Notes under the pieces: generated by a model
The model's database searches: none
Seen by the model: the letters and a program-made list of their open reading frames with translations, nothing else
What the model was told of the DNA's origin: nothing
Program-made: the position numbers and the translations under genes
NCBI GenBank assembly: GCA_964016885.1
Contig: OZ024743.1
Location: 24,428,001 to 24,492,000, forward strand
Length of the DNA stretch: 64,000 nt
Source of the DNA: Eledone cirrhosa
Taxonomy: Eukaryota
Direction: 5' to 3'
Part shown: positions 55,331 to 64,000 of the stretch, in pieces
Layout of the letters: each line of letters starts with the position of its first letter
Numbering within the stretch: the first letter of the stretch is position 1

Positions 55331-56790
55331 CTTTCTTTTTATTTGCCACCAGGGCATCAAAGAGTGGGACAAGTACAATGGGGGGAGTTTACATAAAAAG
55401 GCCTCCTCAATAAGGAGGAGGCAATAACAAAATATAAAAATATAAAATATAAAATATAACAAAAATAAATTGAATAACAAAATCCTCAATAGGGAGGAGG
55501 CGCCTTGGGGGGTCGCGCACACCCCCGAAAAAAGTGTGCAACCCTTCTCCTCGGGAGCACAGAGAGAGGGTGCTCCCTTAATCTTTCATCTTTCTCACCT
55601 ACAGTCTGATGTAGAGTGAAGGCCCATTCACACGGGCCATTCTCACTACTTTCACCCATCTTTCATAAAACGGCTGGGGTGCAGCACCTCTCTCTGCATC
55701 CTGATCCTTCTTCTGAAATTATATCGGAAGAAACGGACCAGTTGTTGGCCAGAGAGAAAGGTGTCTGACCTCAGTCCTTTCAGACGCGTCCACCATACAA
55801 CCTCTTTCACCATGGCTATTACGCACAGAAACACTGCCTCTCCTTCGTTTTTGAAGAGGGGAGGCGGCTTGATCGTTACAATAGACTCGGTGGTCAACCG
55901 GATCGGTCCCACCCGTGACAGCAGTCGTTCGACATAGCCCCACAGATCGGCAATGCCCGAGCAGTGTACCAATGCGTGTGCAACAGTTTCCTCGTCGCAC
56001 ACGCATCTGGGACGGATCTTTTTCGAGGGGTCCCTACCCGGAGCGCCCGTGTCTGTAGAGCCTTTCTCGAACGGGCAGAGCCCCTCGGTAGCACTGCCAT
56101 GCCAGGGACCGCTGGAAGTTATCCATAGGTCCCGGGCTGTGTGTCCTACCGAACAGGTTGGCCAGTTCGTTTTCCTCCATGCCTAGGGCTTCTCCGAGGG
56201 TGTCGTCGCACCTGCTAACCACCAGCCCTCTATAGAATGACGAGGTGGATTCTCCACTGACAGCCGGGTCCGCCTGCCAGAGAGCCGTGAGCGCCTGGGC
56301 ACACTCGGTGTGCCAGGCGCCCAGTTTTCTCGGTCTTTGCTTGACCCAGGATTGCAGCTCGGTGAGTGAGACGAGTCTGGGAAAGGCTCGCCTCACAAAC
56401 GGGGCCCACACCGGTTGACCGGTGAGGAATACCTGGAGGTGCTGTAGCCTTAATGCGTGTTTACGCATCATCAGCCACGGCATCACCAGCCCTCCTTTCG
56501 AAGGGTGTTGAAAGGAATTGGAAGAGTGCGCGCTCCATTTTGGCGAGCGTTTCCCTTGGGCAAGGCACCACGGTCAGGCGGTAGTAGATGACGGACGCTA
56601 TATAAGTGTTCGCCACCTCCGCCCGAACTTTCAGGGACAGTTTGCACTCGGCCCACTTCTGGGTCAGTGCAAACACCCTGTTCGTTACCTCACCCCAGTT
56701 CTTCTCCACCTGGAGGTCTGGTCCGAACCAGACCCGAGCAACTTCACCGGGCCCTCCGTCCAGCGCCCGACGACGCCATCGGAGGGCATC
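55331..56790 (-). mobile_element. L1/Tx1-clade LINE, 5'-truncated, copy 3
   Basis: ORF2 C-terminal remnant (55599-56790) and 3' UTR homologous to copies 1 and 2; GATA repeats on both flanks. Confidence 0.9.
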
Positions 56791-56856
56791 GATAGGTAGA
56801 TAGATAGATAAAAAGCAAGAAAGAAAGAATGAATGAATGAATGAAAGAAAGAAAAA

Positions 56857-56907
<51 letters not shown>

Positions 56908-56910
56908 GAT

Positions 56911-56962
<52 letters not shown>

Positions 56963-57203
56963 TGTTTCTTTATTAGCCACAGGGGCACAAAAGAAGGGGA
57001 CAAATACAAAGGGGGAAGTTTACATACAATAAAAACGTGTAAAATGTTATCACAAATGGAATTTAAAAAGTTAGTCGATTTTCCCCAATAGAGGGAGACA
57101 GTTTATATGGGTAACACATACCCCCGAAAAAAAATGTGAAACCCTCATCTCCAGGAGTACGAAGAGTTTGTACTCCTTTCCTCTCCTCCTCCTTTTCCTC
57201 AAC

Positions 57204-60200
57204 CTACAGGCTGATATAGAGAGAAGGCCCATTCACTCAGGCCATTCTCGCCACTTTCACCCACCTTTCATAAAACGAACTGGGGTACAGCACCTCTCTC
57301 TCCATCCTGATTCTTTTTCCAAAGTGGTATTTGAAAAAAAGAATCAGTTGTTGGCCGGAGAGAAAGGTGTCTGACCTCAGCCCTTTCAACCTTGTCCAGC
57401 ATACAACCTCTTTCGCCATAGCTATCACACAAAGGAAAACCGCCTCTCCTTCGTTTTTGAAGGAGGGTGGCGGTTTGATCATGACAATGGACTCGGTGGT
57501 CAACTGGATGGGTCCCACCCGCGACAATAGTCGTTCTACATAGCCCCACAGGTCAGTGACGCCCGGGCAGTGTATGAATGCGTGCGCGACGGTTTCTTCG
57601 TCTCGCACGCACCTCCGACAGATCTTTTTTGCAGGGTCCCTGCCCGGGCGCCCATGTCTGTAGAGCTTGTCTCGAACTGGTAGAGCTCCTCGGTAGCACT
57701 GCCAGGCCAGGGACTTTTGGAAGTTGTCCATCGGTCCCGGGCGGAAGGTCCTACCGAACAGACTGGCCAGTTCATCTTCCTCTACGCCTAGAGTTTCACC
57801 GAGCGCGTCGTCGCACTTGCTGCGGACCAACCCTCTATAGAACGACGAAGTGGAGTATCCACTGATCGCTGGGTCCGCCTGCCAGAGGGCTGTGAGCGCC
57901 TGAGCACATTCGATGTGCCAGTCGCCCATTTTCCTCGGTCTTTGCTTGACCCAGGACTGCAGCTCGGTCAGCGAGACGAGTCGTGGGAAGGCTTGCCTCA
58001 CGAACGGGGCCCACACCGGTTGTCCGGTGAGGAATACGTAGAGATGCCGCAGCCTGAGCGCGTGTTTGCGCATCGTCAACCACGGCATCCCCAGCCCTCC
58101 GTTAGAAGGGGTTGGCAGCAGATGGATCTTCTCACCAAAGGAGCCCGCCTCTTCCAAAGGAATCGGAAGAGCGCGCGCTCCATTCTGGCGAGCCTTTTGG
58201 CTGGACAAGGCACGACGGTCAAGCGGTAGTAGATGGCGGACGCTATAAAAGTGTTCGCCACCTCCGCTCGACCTTTCAAGGATAGTTTGCACTCGGCCCA
58301 CTTCTGGGTGAGTGCAAACACCTTGGCCGTCACTTCGTTCCAGTTCTTCTCCACCTGGAGGTCCGCACCAAACCAGACCCCGAGCAGCTTTACCGGTCCT
58401 TCCGTCCAGCGTCCGACGACGCCATCGGAAGGCATCGGTCTGCCTCTCCACGATCCGAGTTGCAAACCGATGGACTTGTCCCGGTTCAGCTTCGCTCCTG
58501 TGACACTTTCGTATTCCTTCAGTAAGGTGCCGACTTCCTCGATTTGCGAGGCGCTCGACACCATTACTGTCACGTCGTCGGCGTAGGCCGACGCCGCTTT
58601 CCGCAGTCCCGGTTCCAGAGGGATGCCCTGCAATAGCTCCAGCTTCCGCAGTAGTGGCTCGAGAGTCAGTACGTACAGAAGGGAGGAGAGAGGACATCCC
58701 TGTCGAATGGATCGCGTAATATGGAACGGCTACGAGAGGTAGCCGTTCACCTTGACCCTTGAGCAGATGTTACTGTTGTGCATTGCAGCAATCCAGCCCC
58801 TGAACACGGGTCCAAAGCCTGCCGCCTCGAGCACCGCATCCAGGTAACGATGGTCAACCCTATCGAAAGCCTTAGACTGATCCAAGTTGATCCGGGCCCC
58901 ACCGAAGCCGGGTTTACACCCTACCCTCTCTATGATGTATCGCATGAGGTGGAGGTTGTCGTGTATGGACCTGGTCGGGATTGCGCATGTCTGCGCTTCT
59001 CCCACCAGGTTTTCGACGACAAGCGCCAGCCTCTTTGCCAACACCTTGGCCAAAATCTGTAACTCTGTGTTTAGCAGAGTTATGGGTCGGAAGTTGCCTA
59101 TGTCATCCCCCTTATTCTCGTCCTTCCTGATTAGTGTGACCACGCCCCCGGTTACAGAACTGGGAATTCTCCCGTTCTGTTGCCAGTTGCAGTAGACCGC
59201 TTCCAGGAGACCGGAGAATAAGTCCGGCATTGCTACGTAAAGTTCGTAGTGTAGACCGTCGAGACCTGGAGATTTGCGTTTGCCGCATTGGTTCAGCGCG
59301 TCCCCTATCTCAGTGGCTGAAATCGGCTTTTCGCAGAACTTTGCTTCGCTGTCCGAGAGTCGCGGTAGGCCGTCGAGGTATGGACCGAAATCCATAGCCT
59401 CTCCCGGCGCGCCGCTCCCCCCCGAACAGCCGAGCAAAGTGCCGCTGAAAAGCCGCACACATCTGCTTCGGCTCACGTATCACGCGTCCGTTTTGGTCCT
59501 TGAAAGACCGAATCGTGGACTTGTTGCCACTTTTTGCCTCCGTCACTCGGGCCCAGCTAACAGCTTTGGCTCCCTAGTTTCCCAGAGCACGTATTTTGCT
59601 TCTGACAACGCAGCCCTCGTGCTTTGCGTCGAAGAACTGGTCCAAGGCCGTCCTCGTTGCTAGCACGCTGGCTACGTTGCCACTTCTAATTGCCTCTTCT
59701 ACTTTATCTACCAGTTCCTTCTCGGTTCTATTTCTATCTAACGCTAATTCTTTACTAAAAACTATCGAGTCTACTCTAACTGCCCTCTTGAGAGAGTACC
59801 ACCATCTGTTGTTGACAATGGCCCCTGTCAAGTGCTGTTTAACTAAAGTGCTAATCCGTCTACTGTAGGCTTTGCTTGTCGGTAACGACAAGTTCAGCTT
59901 CCAGTAGCCGGGTCCTTGTCTATGGGTTCTATCAAGGTTGGCCATGCAGGTCACTAGTTTGTGATCTGAATAGGCAACCATGAACATTTGTGGACAGCTT
60001 AACATGTCCCTATCCTTATTTCTAACTAGAACCCTATCTAGGTACGATCTAGATATTCCGCTACGATTACTCCACGTCCACAATGGCGCAGTCGGAAAAT
60101 CTAGTCGATATCTCTCGGCCAGCTCAAATCGGTCGATTAACTGTTTGAGGCTGTTACACCCCCCTTTATCGGGACATGCTCCACATAGTCCCAACGTGCA

Positions 60201-60640
60201 TCTAGGATTCCATTCCAGTCCCCCACTAAAAGCAAGGAGCGGGACGTTCCCAGAAAAGTCTCTAGACGTTTGAAGAAGTCTGGCCGCGGTGTCCCGGATG
60301 GGGCATATGCGGCCACCAGCCTGAAGGCTCCACCTTCACTACCGTCAACGTCTAGGACCACCAGTCGACCCTCCGGGTCCAGATGTACCGTCTGTGTTAC
60401 GAGGCCCAGGTGTTTCCGCAGCAAAACGGCATCTCCGCCCCCACCCCCCGGTAGACAGAGAGATGCGTAAATCTCAAAGTCATAGAAGATGGGGGCCAGC
60501 TGTCGCTCGCCGTGGATCCTGGACTCGCAAATGGCTACCACATCCATACTGTGCGACCTGGGGTCGTTTAAGAGGTTGCCCTGTTTCCAGGGCATTCCCA
60601 GGCCGCGTACGTTCACACATCCAACTCTTATATTGGCCAT
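57204..60640 (-). pseudogene. LINE ORF2 (APE-RT-zf), disrupted
   Basis: MANIRVGCVNVRGL, GDWN, SDHK, LDQSKAFD, YADD, CRRC-x8-H-x4-C; several frameshifts and stops. Confidence 0.93.
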
Positions 60641-60673
60641 GTTGGTGCTGAAAAGTTAAAAGAGGAAAAGAGC

Positions 60674-62579
60674 TCACTCACCCTTCGCCTCCTGGGGACC
60701 AGGCCGCACGATTTCCATGGGGGTGTTGGAGGGGTTGTCTGGATGGGTGGTAGTTTCCGGCGGAGTGGGGACGCAGATGTTTGGTGGGGTGGGGTCTGGT
60801 GGGATGGGGGTGTCTGGGGTGGGGAGGCATTTGAGAAGGACGCGGTTGAGTGGTTTCACACAGGAATTACCCACATCCTTCTCAAATGTTTCTTTTAGGG
60901 ACCTATAAGTTTGTATAGGGACCCTAATCAGTTTTAGGTTCAGTTTTTTGCTATTTTTAATAGAGTGGGCGAAAGTTTTCCCTTCGGTTTTCACCGAAGG
61001 GTCGTTCGTGATAGTCTCCATTAGTGTTTTGTTTTCAGTGTTTATGTAAGTGTAATTTTCTTGTGTTGTGTTTGTTTTTGTCTGTAGTTCTTGTGTGTGC
61101 TTTCGTTTTGTTGTAGGTATTTTGTTTTCAGGAGGTGGGGGTTTTGTTTGTGATGTTTTTGTTGTTTGTGTTGGTGGTTGTATGTTTATGGTAGTATTTG
61201 CTTGTTTTTTGCTTTTGTGATGTCTTTTCTTTCTTTTCGAGCGATGGGGTTCTCCCTCGTCTTCACTGGGTGATGGCGAGATAGCCTCATCTGTTGTATC
61301 GTCTGTGTGATTGGGGAGGGGTATGTCTTGGGGAGCTGTTGTGTCTGTATGTGATTTTGCAGTGGTTTTAGGTGGAGTGGGATTGGGTGGGACTGTGTTT
61401 GTTGTGGTTATTTTTGTGTGTTGGTGTTGTTGTTGTTGTTGTGGTGGTGTTGGTGGTTGTGTTATTTTGATGGGTGTCGGCAGAAGAGCCTTTTTTTGGT
61501 TCATTAGTTTAGGACAGGAAGCCCTCAGGTGACCCCTGCTAAAGCAATGGTAACATGAAGGCCGCCTACCCTCAACCGAAAAGTTTATGTAGGTGAGTCC
61601 GTCCAGGAGTACACGCTGTGGGATCATAGCTATTCGCTCTGGGCTCATTTGCACCAAAACTTCAATGCTAGTCCCATTGAATACATCTCTGGGGGACTTT
61701 CCTACTGACAGTATTCTGTCTTCATCAAAATTGATGAAGCCGCACAGTATCCACCTTTGGTGTGACACTCGTGATTCTGATCTTTTGTGTCCCTTTTCCC
61801 ATGTATGTAGGGAAAAAGGTGTACAGGTTGGATACAATTGGCGACACAGAGTAATTTTGGGCCGTCAATTGATCCTTCATGAGTACCGAAATACTCCCAA
61901 AAAGTTTGCTTCTTTGAATGAATGCAATATCATTCATTGAATTTTTGAAAACCAGTCCAATTTCTTTCTGTGACAATTGGACTGGTTTTCGGGTAGAATT
62001 GGAAACTGTCCTAAAAACTATCGTTTTGAGAGCAGTTTCCTTGCGAATTTCTACCGGAGAATTGATGCTGAAAGCACCATTTTTTTCGAAAGTGACATAT
62101 CTCTTAGCGTCCTTTAAAAGTTGTTCAGCATTTGTTATGTCGAGATATATCAATTCTTCTTTCTTTTGAACTTTCTCTGCAAAGGAGATTTTTGGTTTCT
62201 TTGTGGAATTATCCGTATTGGTGGTGTTGTCATTATTGTTGTTATTGTTGTTGTTATTCTTGTTGTCACCGATGTTGGTATCATCCGTATTTTCCTTGGT
62301 GTTGTTGTTGTCTTTGATGCTGGTGTTATTGGTGTTGTCTTTATTGTTTTCTTTGTTGTTGTTATCATTGTTGCTTTTATCATCATTATTGGTTTTGCTG
62401 TTATTTTTGTTGTCATTGAACTGTTTGGTGTCATTTGTGTTGTTTGGATATGAATTCGTTTTTTTATTTTCATTTTGTCTTTCCATCTCTATAGTATCTA
62501 GTGAAGAAGACGTTGTTGACTGCGAGCTTTGTAGTCTTACCGCCTCTCCACCACCATTATCGTTGGACGCAGCGTTCAT
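60674..62579 (-). pseudogene. LINE ORF1 (zinc knuckle), one frameshift
   Basis: ORF pieces 61725-62579 and 60674-61837; CYHCFSRGHLRASC. Confidence 0.88.
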
Positions 62580-62796
62580 AACGTAATCAAAATTTTACAA
62601 TATTTTTTCCAAGATTCGATGGAGAAAAATTTTTTAAATGGATATTCCGCCCCTGTAGGGGCGAAAATGAGTTGACCCAGCACCTGAAGGTCCAGACGGG
62701 TGGTCAAGTTACACAATGATATAAAATTTAACTAAAAACTCACGTTTTTTTCTTACATAAATTAACGGAAACTTCTCCGCGAAGTTACACACGTCT

Positions 62797-62811
62797 GATA
62801 GAGAGAGAGAG

Positions 62812-62897
<86 letters not shown>

Positions 62898-62922
62898 AAT
62901 GGAAGAAAGAAAGAAGCAAGGA

Positions 62923-62974
<52 letters not shown>

Positions 62975-62975
62975 A
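62797..62975. repeat. (GATA)n/(GAAA)n microsatellite
   Basis: Same compound repeat types as 56791-56962. Confidence 0.9.
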
Positions 62976-63806
62976 TGAAAAAAGAAAATAAAGAAAGAAA
63001 TGTGTAAGGAAAGAGGGAAGAAAGGAAGCAAGAAAGAACCAAAGGGAGAAAAAGAGGAAAATAAAGAAGGAAAGAAGAGAAGAGGATTGGAAGAAAAAGG
63101 AAAAGACTGTGAGATATAGGGGAGAAGTTAGTGAGAACTGGTGGTAGAATAAACTAACGGCAGGAGTATAATGAAAAAGAAAAAAAGCCGAGTGTGAAAT
63201 GAAACGAAACTAATCTCAACGTATTACTAACAAAAAAGCCAAACAAAAATGAAGTCTTTCCAATAACTAAACAGAATAGAGCTAATATGCGCATGCGTTG
63301 TGAACGGCACAACTGTCAATGGAAACACGTTTTTGTTTGTTTTTGTTTCTTTGCTTCTATTTTATGCTATAACATTTCACTTTCATTGGGTTGTTTATTT
63401 ATTCTGTTGAAAGCACCAAACGTACTTTAAAAACATTAAGGAGGCAGACATTATTTGTAAGGCTTTGTTGTTTTCTTTACCTCCCCCCCCCGCCCTCCCA
63501 CACCGCACTGCGGATGTACCTATCACTCACACCTTTTGCCTCCAATGTCTATTTCTTTATATATATATACATGCATGCATGAAGACACTCACATACACAC
63601 TCACTCAGATACATACACATACACACTCACACATACTCACACAAACAACACACACACATATAGACACATGCATACACACACACTCACACAGACGCATACA
63701 CATACACACATACTCACGTACGTTCATACATACAGTACATGCATATATAAATATGTATGTATGTATGAATGAATATATGTACATATGCATATATGCATGC
63801 GTATGT

Positions 63807-63945
<139 letters not shown>

Positions 63946-64000
63946 TACATACATACATACATACATACATAAGTATATATATATATATATGTGTGTGTGT

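Larger units (their letters stand above)
56963..62796 (-). mobile_element. L1/Tx1-clade LINE, full length, copy 2 (inactive)
   Basis: 5' UTR, ORF1, spacer, ORF2 and 3' UTR with AATAAA; (GATA)n on both flanks. Confidence 0.93.

Noticed and set aside
57237-58697. 486-aa ORF as an independent gene
   Set aside because: Frameshift chimera of LINE ORF2: N-terminal half out of frame, C-terminal half is the ORF2 tail

Overview
AT-rich, microsatellite-saturated animal genomic DNA; the repeat make-up looks cephalopod/octopus-like, which is an inference. It has one 200-N gap and no host gene I can support; almost all listed ORFs are simple-repeat artefacts. Conventional content: two near-full-length and one 5'-truncated L1/Tx1-clade LINE (all minus strand, all next to GATA motifs), many tRNA-derived SINEs, several DNA-transposon MITEs, and RTE and CRE-like fragments. 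The main observation is a set of small non-coding retroelements carrying hammerhead ribozymes (HHRs) and inserted into (TA)n tracts. These include a 4.4-kb array of ~9.4 near-identical 466-bp units, each with an intact minimal type I HHR (retrozyme-like), ending in a 218-bp fold-back. There is also a 439-bp monomer whose terminal redundancy starts at the predicted self-cleavage site, and several other families with a shared 3' tail plus copy-specific fold-back hairpins, some with variant cores (U3-A8, U4C). All RNA structures were paired by eye; none is experimentally tested.
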